Source: Octopus sinensis (lineage: Eukaryota). From it: a DNA stretch of 64,000 bases. The position numbers were made by a program, and so were the translations under genes. The notes beneath the pieces were generated by a model that saw nothing but the letters and a program-made list of their open reading frames with translations, did not search any database and was not told the origin of the DNA. The stretch lies in assembly GCF_006345805.1 (NCBI RefSeq), contig NC_043000.1, positions 161,820,001-161,884,000 on the forward strand, given 5' to 3'. Shown here one piece after another: positions 23,155-34,445 of the stretch (its first letter is position 1; every line of letters starts with the position of its first letter).

Positions 23155-23718
23155 GAGACCTGACAGCAAAGAAGAGCACACATTCACCCTCTGCACACGA
23201 TTAAACTCGGAAAGTTTGTGAGGAACCCATTGATCCAATTTGTTGACTTTTCAGATGGCACACAGATGTTGATGAATGGTTGAATGACCAAATCCAAGCT
23301 TCTCCGCTAATTCCTCAACGGTTACGATGAGATTTTGTTCCACCAGGGCTTGCAGGATGTGCTTGCAAGATGTGCTTCCAGGATGAGGCTCATCTTCTAG
23401 GCAATAGTTTCAGGATCAGAATTTCTGGAACCACTGTTGACGCTGGCGTACACTTATTGTCCGATCCCCATATACTGCATTAATGTTTCTCACACTTTCT
23501 GTTGCATTGTTGCCTTTATTGAACTTGTTTAGCTTCGAAAAAATAACTGTTAGAATAGAACAGCACTCTTCAAATCTTGGACTATTAATAAATTCAAGGT
23601 AAAATGACTACCTGCTTTTATAGCAAGTTGATGCAGGTAGTGTACCTTGTCCCCCTCCAACTTTTAGTTCATGCAATTAAAAAAAAAACCACATTCATTA
23701 TTTATGGGATGACTCCAT
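23155..23718 (-). mobile_element. Mariner transposon 5' half (TIR + HTH region of the transposase), pseudogenised
   Basis: Minus frames: FNKGNNATESVRNINAVYGDRTISVRQRQQWFQKF..LEDEPHPG..ILQALVEQN..TVEELAEKLGFGHSTIHQHL..KLDQWVPHKLSE (WVPHEL-type linker). TIR-like end TATGGAGTCATCCCATAAATAATG at ~23695-23718. Confidence 0.9.
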
Positions 23719-23829
23719 ATATATGTGTGTGTGTGTGTATAAGCATGTGTGAGTATGTATATGCATATGTGTATATATGTATATATATGTATATATATAT
23801 ATATATATGCATGTGTATATATGTATATA

Positions 23830-23880
<51 letters not shown>

Positions 23881-23911
23881 GTATGTGTATATATATATAA
23901 TATATATATAT

Positions 23912-23948
<37 letters not shown>

Positions 23949-23965
23949 GTATGTGTATATATATG

Positions 23966-24009
<44 letters not shown>

Positions 24010-24123
24010 GTATGTGTATATATATATGTATATATAATATATATAATATATATTATATATATATACGTATGTGTATATATATATGTATATAATATATATA
24101 TATATATTATATATACGTATGTG

Positions 24124-24154
<31 letters not shown>

Positions 24155-24177
24155 ATACGTATGTGTATATATATATG

Positions 24178-24231
<54 letters not shown>

Positions 24232-24232
24232 C

Positions 24233-24280
<48 letters not shown>

Positions 24281-24324
24281 TTATATAACTCGCTCTGAGA
24301 TTTATCATTATACATATTTACATA

Positions 24325-24362
<38 letters not shown>

Positions 24363-24400
24363 TACACATATGCATATACATACTCACACATGCTTATACA
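23715..24400. repeat. TA-rich minisatellite with a recurring CGTATGTG core
   Basis: (TA)n-CGTATGTG-(TA)n units recur at ~23880, 23948, 24009, 24066, 24116, 24158 and 24232. Confidence 0.93.
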
Positions 24401-24924
24401 CACACACACAATAACACTATACTTGTTCCACGTCCTTGCGTTGTTGTGTTTTCATATTTGGTTGACTTTATATATATATATATATATAAAGTCAACCAAA
24501 TTCCAGTTCAATTTTCTCGTTTTATTTTAGCACTGTTTGAATTTTACAAAATGACATATTACAACATTGCAAGTACTTCCATGTTTTATAGAAATCTTCA
24601 GGTGGTTGTCACGTGACACAGTTTATGAAGTAGATAAAGTTGTCAAATCGGAAGCACAATAGTTGTTTTCTAATGTTGCTATTACCTGAACATTGTACTA
24701 AAACACGAAAGTACTTATAATGTTGTAATATGATTTATTGTGAAATTGTAAAAATAGGAAAAAAAACATGCAAAAATCAGGCATGTCTTAGATTTTGCTT
24801 GTTTAATATATTTATCTGTGCAGAATTTTACAAATGCATGAGAAATGGGTTGCAAATGCAGAGGACATGTGAAAACTTCAGAGGAATGTAGCTCATTTGC
24901 TCTAATTGATGTGCAATATCTGTG

Positions 24925-25240
24925 CACATGGGATTAAAATGCTAAGGTATCAAGAGAAAAATTAGGCATCAGAGGAATGAAATGAAGTGTGCAAGAGAGA
25001 AAACTAGGCTGATTTGGTCATATGATGCAAAGGGATGAGTACACTGAATAGAGAAGTGCCGGTCACTTAAAGTGGATGGAACTTGTGCAGAGAGACTCAG
25101 AAAAATCATGGGACAAAGTAGCGAGGGATTATCTCAAGTTGCTGAGCTTTACTGAGGAGCTGACAATGGACTGAGATGAATAGCAATCTGTTGTGCTCAA
25201 GGAGTCCTGTCTATCACCGCAAAAATGATGTCCTAAAACC
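24925..25240 (+). mobile_element. RTE-clade LINE 3' end relic
   Basis: Decayed REKLGIRG..VQERKLG*FGHMMQRDE..KCRSLKVDG..RKSWDKV..LKLLSFTEELTMD. Homologous to 62290-62600. Confidence 0.7.
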
Positions 25241-25564
25241 AGTCTGGTTATGTCTGTGAGTGGTGGGTAGCTATCCTTCCCCTTTCTCTCTCTCTCTCTG
25301 CTCAAATGTAACCCCATCATCATCATCATCATGTATCCCCTCATCCCCATCATCCCCATCATCATCATCGTCATCACCTCAAATATATCTAACAGCCCTC
25401 ACTCCTTTCCCTTTGGTACTATTCAGCTGCTGTAATCCCTCAAGAGCAGAATCTGTATGCATTACAACTGTGTTTCCAGTTTCCTTCCACCCCCACCCCA
25501 CCACCCTTGAACCACTTTAAATCCTTATTCTCATTATCATCCCTTCCTGCACTATTTCTAATAA

Positions 25565-25735
25565 TCACTCTCGGAGTGGTTGGCATTGGGAAGGGCATCC
25601 AGCTATAGAAACTCTGCCAGATCAGATTGGTGCCTGGTGCAGCCATCAGGTTTGCAAGACCTCAGTCAAATCGTCCAACCCATACTAGCATGGAAAGCGG
25701 ACGTTAAACGATGATGATGATGATGATGATGAAGA
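25565..25735 (+). mobile_element. Family D retroposon 3' end
   Basis: GGTTGGCATTGGGAAGGGCATCCAGCT..CATGGAAAGCGGACGTTAAAC(GAT)n. Confidence 0.9.
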
Positions 25736-26013
25736 TGATTACTTCCTTTCTGTACCTTTCAACTATCTCTCCCTCATACCTACTATCACTCCCTCCACCC
25801 TCCCATATCTACCTTCGCAACCTACTTTCTAAAGCCATCCTTTGTACCCCTACATATTCCTACACTTTGCACATTATCCCCTTACTTTCTGATTCATTCC
25901 TCTTTGAACCCGTTCTGCCCCTCTCATCTTACCTAATCTCCATATTGATATTTCCAAAACTGCACCTCTACCTCTGTTCATCACTCACTACACCTATCTC
26001 TACCCCCATTTCT

Positions 26014-26246
26014 TATTTCTTTATTGCCTACAAGGGGCTAGACACAGAGGGGACAAACAAGGACAGACAAACGGATTAAGTCGATTACATCGACCCCAGT
26101 GCACAACTGGTACTTAATTTATCGACCCTGGAAGGATGAAAGGCAAAGTCAACCTCTCGGCATTTGAACTCAGAACATAACGGGAGACAAAATACTGCTT
26201 AGCATTTCGTCCGACATGCTAATGTTTCTGCCAGCTCGCTGCTTTG
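26014..26246 (-). mobile_element. SINE family B, full length, 19-bp TSD
   Basis: Reverse complement of family B. Direct repeat TATCTCTACCCCCATTTCT at 25995-26013 and 26247-26265. Confidence 0.93.
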
Positions 26247-26554
26247 TATCTCTACCCCCATTTCTGACCATTTGTTACTCCCCTGTTACATCAACTTGCA
26301 TCTTAAGATACTCAAGCATCTAATTACCGTCATCTCTGTCTTCTTTCCAGCTACTCTCTCCTACCACTATATAATGTGCAGTAGCTACACATCTCATCTA
26401 TAGAACACCCTAGACTGTCCACTGTCATACTGTTTAGTCCTTCAATACCTAGCATCTGCCACCTTCCATCTCAAAATCCTTTTTAGACAAGGGGAATTTT
26501 CCCTTTTCCTTCTAATGTACTTTCGTGTCTTGCAAGTTTTCTAGCCTCTTTTTA

Positions 26555-26945
26555 CTCTTTTAGTCGTTCCAGTCATTTGACTGTGGCCATGCTGGAGCAC
26601 CACCTTTAGTTGAGCAAATTGACCCTGGCACTTATTCTTTGTAAGCCTAGTACTTAGCCTATCAGTCTATTTTGCTGAACCACTAAGTTACGGTGACATA
26701 AACACACCAGCATCAGTTGTCAAGCAATGCTGGGGGGACAAACACAGTCACACAAACATATACACACACATATACATATAGATAAACATATATACGACGA
26801 GCTTCTTTCAGTTTCCATCTACCAAATCCGCTCACAAGGCTTTGGTCGACCCAAGGCTATAGTAGAAGACACCTGCCCAAGTGGGACTGAACCTGGAACC
26901 ATGTGGTTGGTAAACAAGCTACTTACCACACAGTCACTCCTATAC
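26555..26945 (-). mobile_element. SINE family A
   Basis: Full reverse-complement match, including the internal (CA)/(TA) tract. Confidence 0.9.
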
Positions 26946-27159
26946 CTACTGTAGCATGAAAAAAAAGCACTCAATACGTGCTGTAAAAGTGCCCAGTATG
27001 TACATTTAAGCTAAATGCAGCTCTGTAGCTTACTGGATCCTATCAAACTGTCCATGTGATGATGGTGATGATGTGTGTCTGTTCATACATGTTCATACAT
27101 GTTTATACATGTTATATACATGTGTGTGTCTATATATTCATTCATGCATATGCATATCT

Positions 27160-27530
27160 TTCATCTTTTACTTCTATCAGTCATATGACTGCAACCATTC
27201 TGAGGCACTGCTATGAAGGGTTTTCTCAAACAAACCAACCCCAGTACATTCTTTCCAAGCTTGTTATTTATTCTACCAGTCTCTTTTTACCAAACTGTTA
27301 AGTTATAGAGATGTAAACACTAGCTGCCAAGCAGTAGTTGGTGTGGACTGACACACAGACATACATGTGTGTATTGATATATATATATATATGATGAACT
27401 TCTTTTAGTTTCTGTCCACCAGGTTTCTGGTTGGCCTCGGGTGACAGTAGAATATACTTGCCAAAGGTGCCATGCAGTGGGACTGAACCCAGAACTACAC
27501 GGCTGGGAAGCAAACTTCTTACCACAGGGA
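27160..27530 (-). mobile_element. SINE family A, diverged
   Basis: Tail TTTTACTTC..CAGTCATATGACTG and head GCCATGCAGTGGGACTGAACCCAG. Confidence 0.8.
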
Positions 27531-27584
27531 TGTCTATACTTTCATATATATATATATATATATATATAAAGACTTATATATATA

Positions 27585-27720
27585 TATATATATATATAAA
27601 GACTATATATATATAAAGACTTGTTTTATTTCTATTCCTGAGCACCATACTAATACAATTGTTTGTTTGTACTCCACCTGCCTTCGTCTTTTGTTTATTT
27701 TCGTAAAGCTTCCTGTTATA
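27585..27720 (+). mobile_element. Penelope-like terminal-repeat fragment (same family as 22737-22925) in (TA)n
   Basis: TTTCTATTCCTGAGC..TACTCCACCTGCCTTCGTCTTTTGTTTATTTTCGTAAA is the reverse complement of 22741-22830. Confidence 0.8.
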
Positions 27721-29099
27721 TATATATATATATATGTGTGTTCCACCCATGCTAGCATGGAAAGCAGAAATTATACAATGATGATGATGATAGGTATAGA
27801 TATGTTTATACATATGTTAATATGTATGTATATATGGCATATATACTATAAATATGTACCTATAAATATTTGTGTTTGCACATATGTATCTATGTATATC
27901 TGTCTATCTATTTATCTATCCATCTACCTCTGTATCTCTGTCTGTCTATCTATCTATCTATCTATCTATATCTATCTATATGTATGTGAGAAAGAAAGAG
28001 CAAGAGAGTCTTTCTTACTGCTGGTGTCAATAAAGTACCATTCAATAACTGTACTGAGTATCTACTCTGCTAAAATATCTGGCCTTGCAGCCATTTCAGG
28101 GGCTACGAAAATGAAAATGATGCAGGTGTGAGAATGAAATAGTTAGTTTGACTTAGTTAACTAATAGTAAATGTAACATTTTATTTTATTACTTTTCAAT
28201 GCAAAATAAAAAAAAAAACCCAGCAACTTTGTATGAATACCAATTTTTTTTTACTTTTACTCTAGTTTAGAAAATTTTCCAACAGAATATGTCCATATTT
28301 CAAATGATACCCAAATACTATTATATAAAGAATACTTCAATGAATCAAAATATATTAAAGAAGATCTTATTATAGTGTTTTTTGCTTTTTAGCTTTTTTT
28401 AATGTTAGTCAAAGTGTTGTCCTACCAGTATTTCTTGCAGTATAAATTATTTTAATTGCATATTTTATTACTGCTCTACTTAAACTGAAAACAATAAATT
28501 ACTGTTGTATTAAACAAGCACACACCACATATGCACAGATTCGTAAATGTATTACAGCTAAATGTAAATACATGCATACTCCATGTATTCACATGGAAAT
28601 AAGGAAAAGCATTTTCTGAAACTGACAAACATTTCTTTCATCAGTTTTGTTATAAATTATACTTCAAATTTCTTTAAACTTTTTCATTTGTCTGCTTAGA
28701 ATTTGAAGATTTGCAGTACTTTTTTTGTATAAGTATGAGAAGTAATAGCTTTATCAAAAACTATCTTTTGCACACATCAGTATTGTCGTTTATGTTCATT
28801 ATTTTTCAGACATCCATTTTTGGTAGGGAGGGTTTTATTTGTTACATAAGTTTCTTCTTTATGTGCTTCTCTATTACATGACAGCAATTTTTAAAAAAAT
28901 TAAATGGAATTTGGAGTTCACAAAATTGATAGAGTACTACTTATTTTTCTCGTATACTTTTCTTCAGTAGGTTTTTATTGCTTCTTCTGCCATGGTCAAT
29001 AAAATAAATACTGCTTACATTGAATTTACTTCTTTTCATAAAAGTACTAAACTTATCGTTTGTTGAAAAAAACCAGTTTTTTAATATTACACACAAGCA

Positions 29100-29230
29100 T
29101 GTATCTGACTCATACACTGTTCACTTTCCAGACATTTGTACATTACTGCATATGCTTTATACGCACTTTTGACAAGTTGTGGTGCACCTGAGCACTGTAT
29201 ACAATAATTTCATTATTATCATCATCATCA

Positions 29231-29275
<45 letters not shown>
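29100..29275 (+). mobile_element. CR1-like LINE 3' UTR with (ATT)n tail
   Basis: AGTTGTGGTGCACCTGAGCACTGTATACAAT followed by (ATT)n, nearly identical to the 3' terminus at 55677-55715. Confidence 0.75.
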
Positions 29276-29277
<2 letters not shown>

Positions 29278-31143
29278 CACCATTTCTGGAAGTATTATTT
29301 TCAGCAATAAATGCCTAAAAATAAATTTAAAGTAAATTTGATTTTCATTTTCACTTTTAATTTTTTTTATTATTTAGTTTCTACCTCTCATACGGTTTAT
29401 TTTTGTACTTCTATATTTAAATATTTTCTTTCTTATCAATTAGTATATTTGTAAATATAATTTCATCAACTATTTTTTTTTCTTAATATTTCACAAACAA
29501 TTTCATACATATGTATATAAATAATTTATGAAATTCGTTTTAACTAATGATTTCAAAATTCTTTGTAATGGCATAAAATTTCAGATTTTTAGAATATAGC
29601 TGAATGGTAAATTATAGCATTTATTCTTTCTCAAAGGCGTTAACAACATAAGTTTTGTGCCTCAAATTCAGTCTGAACTGGATCCCAGATATCATTTATA
29701 GGCAACCACAAAACCAGTGGATAAATGACCTCAGAGATATTTGATATCTATATTGAAGAAGTAAATTGAATTCTTTTAACTCTCTTTAAACATTTCAATA
29801 TTTATTTTTATTTGTTTTATAGATATATATTGTACTTAATTTCTGCAAATGCAGGCCATTGTTTGTTTACTCAAATTTCTCTTTCACTTTGATTCAATAA
29901 TAGTTTTCGCTCTCCCAGCCTTTTTTCATTTGTTTACTTTTCTACAAAACACCATGTGTTGCTTAATGCCTTTTTTAAGTATAGATCTAAGTTGTCTTAA
30001 ATACTTAGATTGTTTTCTCTTGTTATAGAAAACTAAAATCTTGAGTTGGGTATTATCTCTGTTTTTCTTCATTTGTCATTTGGCAGATTACTCTTTTGTT
30101 GAATGCAATTAACATGATAGTGAAATCACTCAGTGTATAAGAGTACTAATCTGTGGTTTGTGAGTTCAAATTTGCTAGAGGCCTTTCACAATGTTTCTCT
30201 GCAGGTTGTTTTGTTTTATATGCCTCTGTTCACCTCACTGCTTAGAATAGATTTTTTTTAGTTTTGGAGAATATTACCCGCAATAGATCAGCAGCCTTTC
30301 TTGCAGAATATTTGTTTTCCATTATCCTTTTGTGGTGAAACCAAGATCCCCTAAAACAGTGCTGCTCAAAGTGGGTTGTACAGCTTTCTAAGGCACAACA
30401 AAAAAATTTATATGGCTTCTGATGACAGAGGTGAATGATAGCAGGATTGGTAAATATATAAGCACAGTCTGGTTTAGCCATTTTTAAAAAAGTTTAAATA
30501 TCAACTTTAAAAATAATTAATGCAATAATATGATAAACTACTTGTTAGAACCATGACACCCACAACAATAATAATAAACTTTGAAATGTGAATAAGTAGA
30601 TAAACAAAACTGAATGTATACCATTTTTACACATAATTTTATACATAATTTATACATGTAAATTATGTGTAAATTATAAGTAAAATAACCTGCAAGAACC
30701 AATAATCACAATGCATAGCAAATATTCAAACTGCATACTACGTGCATACATATATATATATATATACACACACATATATATACATATATATATGAAAAAT
30801 GCTTGTCAGTTGATTTTACTAAAAGAAAGGAATTATTAAAATTTACATTCTTGAGGAAGTTCTTAAGAATTCCAATTTTGATATATTTTCATTAAAATGT
30901 GGTTTTTAATTTCCTTTAATTATTGAAGATCTCAACTACTCAATTTGATTTAAATTCGTTGAGATTGTGGTTTTCAACATCTTACTCCCTTCTCTCTCTC
31001 TCTTTCTATCACTCTTTCCATTTCTTTGTTTACCACTTCTATTTCTCTTAGTCTTTCTCTTTCTCTGTCCTTGTAACATTTCTTCTCTCACTCTTATCTC
31101 CAGCTTCATTCCTTGCAATACTCGGTCTGTCAGACTGTCTGCC

Positions 31144-31185
<42 letters not shown>

Positions 31186-31594
31186 CCTTCCACTCTCTCT
31201 ATCTCAACCCTCTCTCTCTCAACTGTCTCTTTTCAATTGCTTGCATTAAAAATAAGTTTTACTTTGAGATACTGAGAAAATATTTGTGAAAATCTTATGC
31301 TATATCAGTTTATCATATCAAATTTACACAGAAATTTTATATTTCAAGTTTTCTTTGTTAATACACAAATGTGCATACTTCATTATACATACTGCACTAT
31401 TTGTTGCACATTAGAATTTCTCATTTCAACATATACCAGCAGAATACAGCCCCATCTCTTTAAACATCTGATGAGTGCCTCTAAACTAAGAAAATTTCAT
31501 TGCTATCAAATACATATAGTGTATGTGTATATAAAAATATAACTAGCAGAGATACCCAGCCTTGCTCGGTATTAAAAAGGCATAGTTTTTTTAT

Positions 31595-31869
31595 TGTTTT
31601 ACTTGTTTCAGTCATGTGACTGCAGCCATGTAGGAGCACCGCTGTTGGTCAAACAAATCAACCACAGGATTTATCTTTGTAAGCCTAGTGCTTTATTCTC
31701 TTACCGTCTTTTGCCTAACTGCTTAGCTATGGGAATGTAAACTCAGCAACATCGGTTGTCAAGCAATGGTGGGGATACAAACACACACAAAAATATACGC
31801 ATATATACGACAGTCTTCTTTCAGTTTCCTAGTATGAAATCCACTCACAAGGGTTTGGTCAGCCTGAGG

Positions 31870-31872
<3 letters not shown>
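31595..31872 (-). mobile_element. SINE family A (head lost at a (TA)n tract)
   Basis: Reverse-complement match that ends in GAGGC(TA)n. Confidence 0.85.
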
Positions 31873-31911
<39 letters not shown>

Positions 31912-31923
31912 ATGTGTGTATAT

Positions 31924-31960
<37 letters not shown>

Positions 31961-31989
31961 CCATGTGTGTATATATATATATATATATA

Positions 31990-32205
31990 CCACCGTGATC
32001 ACCGTGACTGACCAGGCTATCAGATGTTGCTACACATTGCTGGACACAATGTGTTTCACACTGTTTTAGCATTCAAATGATGCCACCCCACTGGCTAAGA
32101 GAGCAGGCCAACAGAAGAAAGAGTGAGAGAAAGTTGTGGCGAAACAGTACAACAGGGATCACCACCACCCCCTGCCAGAGCCTTGTGGAGCTTTAGCTGT
32201 TTTTT
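31990..32205 (-). mobile_element. SINE family C variant, 3' portion
   Basis: GAAAGAGTGAGAGAAAGTTGTGGCGAA is the reverse complement of TTCGCCACAACTTTCTCTCACTCTTTC in the 7450-7755 copy. Confidence 0.8.
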
Positions 32206-33788
32206 TTTGTTTTTTTTTAATATATAACTATCAAAAAGTATTAAAAGTTTAATATAAGATAAAGAGTAATGATATATATATATATATGTTATACGTATAT
32301 ATGTATATGATATAAATATATATATATATTATATGCATGTATGTATGTATGTATATGAAAGTCTGATTCAGCTTGGCACCAGTGACATCACAAACCATTT
32401 CTACTACACTCACTATGCTCTAACCAATGAGTCATGCTGGGGCACCACTGCTTTGCTACAATATTATTGAAAGCCTCCTCTGATATGTGGCATTTGGTCA
32501 ATAAAGGAGTTTGATGACACTGCCCTCATTTGCGCCTCCTGTCACGATGTAGGTTCAACTGGGACTCTCAGCAGGAAGAGATCCAGGTGCTCTAGTTAGG
32601 GAGGAGTACTGTAAAAACTTCAATATGTACAAGAAACAGGCATACACAACACTGATAATTCTTCCAGCGTTATACACGACCACAATGTTTATGATACTGC
32701 TGACAAAGTAACAACATCAATAAGTGGAATCAGGACTGTCTTATATACAAATAAATATGATAAAAGCTCATGCTGAGAAAAATCTAAATGTCCTTTGATG
32801 CATCTCTGTATGAGTACAAATCTTATATATAACTGTACCGGTTACACAAGGGGAGGGCCATATGTTTACATTGGGCAGATGGCTGATCCATTTAAGAATT
32901 GTTATTGTAACCATGTCACCAGCTTTAAGACAATCAGTAAGAGACATTCAACATCTTTGGCAGGTTTTGTACGGTGACTGAAGGAGGATAAAATGAAATA
33001 CAGCATAACTTGGTCCACAGTAAGACACGCGAAACCATACAGGGGATGCTGTTTCTGCTCCAAGGAATCCCTGTCTGTTCTGTGGACTAATGAGAAGATC
33101 ATTAATAGAATTCCTGATAGACTCTCGTGATGCCTACACACATATAAATGTACTTTTGCAGTGGGAATGAATTTTGAGTAACAATTAGCATAATTTAACA
33201 TACTGTAAGGTATGGATGACTTAAGTTTACTTTTAACTTCCCCATTCTTACAAACACCATTTTTAGAGAGTTAACTCACTTTGTGATCATGAGTGCACCA
33301 AACATCAAGTCTGCGTATACTCACATTTTTGCGGATGCTTGCATGAGCAAGTGTATTCGCACCATGCAGTTTGCCCAAGGGTGTTTATCCATCCACATTT
33401 GTTAATGGTTATTTTTAATACTTTGCTCACAGTACTGCATGTTCCTTTCTTTTTTTTCTAACTGGGATTTTATTTTTGATCTTCTATATAAATGAAGATA
33501 TGTTCTCCATGTGACTGTTTTCCTCTCTACATAATGGAAAGTTACATTGCGGAGCAGTTATTTTAACGGGTTGTATTTATTTATTTATCACCCGACGAGA
33601 TACATCTGCACCACCAGATGCTCCTGAACCAGGTGTTGAAGTGTCCCCCCCCCATGAAGGATTGATGCTAGATGTGTCGAAGCAATTGCCATGATTAACA
33701 ATAAATTCTCACATATTCCATCTTCCATTTGCCATATATGTAACTATACATATATCTATTGTGTATGTGTATATATATGTGTGTGTGT

Positions 33789-33818
<30 letters not shown>

Positions 33819-33822
<4 letters not shown>

Positions 33823-34042
33823 AATTGCAGCGTGGAAGGTGTTTGTAAGCCATTTAAGAACCACACAAAAGCCGTTCGATTCACTTCAACATTTAAGTTT
33901 AATTTGTCAAAATATTTTCGTCGCTAAAATCCGTGACCTGTTCACTGACAAAAATCCGTGCAGCACGGATTCCACGCTGCAATTGTTTTCGTTTCAGCAC
34001 ATGATCTCAGATCAAATCACTTGCTATGCGAGTACATCTCCG

Positions 34043-34045
<3 letters not shown>
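33819..34045 (-). mobile_element. Penelope-like short element in (TA)n with a 19-bp inverted repeat and a hammerhead-like fold
   Basis: Flanked by (TA)n. AAACAATTGCAGCGTGGAA (33819-33837) and TTCCACGCTGCAATTGTTT (33970-33988) are perfect inverted repeats. HHR-like motif at 33903-33952. Confidence 0.6.
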
Positions 34046-34090
<45 letters not shown>

Positions 34091-34139
34091 TATGTATATA
34101 TACTATGTATTATATAATTTATATATATATTTTATACCA

Positions 34140-34445
34140 TTCGAGCGAGGTCATTGCCAGTGCCGCTGGACTGGCTCCTCTGCAGATGGTACATAAAAAG
34201 CACCATTTGAGTGTGGCCGTTGCCAGTACCACCTAACTGGCCCTTGTGCCAATGGCATGTAAAAGCACCCACTACACTCTTGGAGTGGTTGGCATTAGGA
34301 AAGGCATCCAGCTGTAGAAACTCTGCCAGATTAGATTGGAGTCTGGTGCAGCCAACTGGTTTGCCAGACCTCAGTCAAATCGTCCAACTCATGCTAGCTT
34401 GGAAAGCAGACGTTAAAAGATAATGATGATGATGATGAGGATGAT
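34140..34445 (+). mobile_element. Family D retroposon
   Basis: Match to the other D copies; (GAT)n tail. Confidence 0.9.

Noticed and set aside
19717-24530. Long YI/IY ORFs up to 229 aa (19989-20516, 23698-24387 etc.)
   Set aside because: TA-satellite translations with no coding signal.
28600-28655. Minus-strand CTGATGA..GAAA
   Set aside because: Only weak A/T pairing and no proper UH/stem III; chance match in AT-rich DNA.
33290-33720. Possible Penelope 3' end with a decayed HHR (ATGAAGG..CGAAGCAATTGCC, AATAAATTCTCAC)
   Set aside because: The core lacks CTG and I could not read GIY-YIG motifs; too degenerate to call, though its end resembles the 49517 element.
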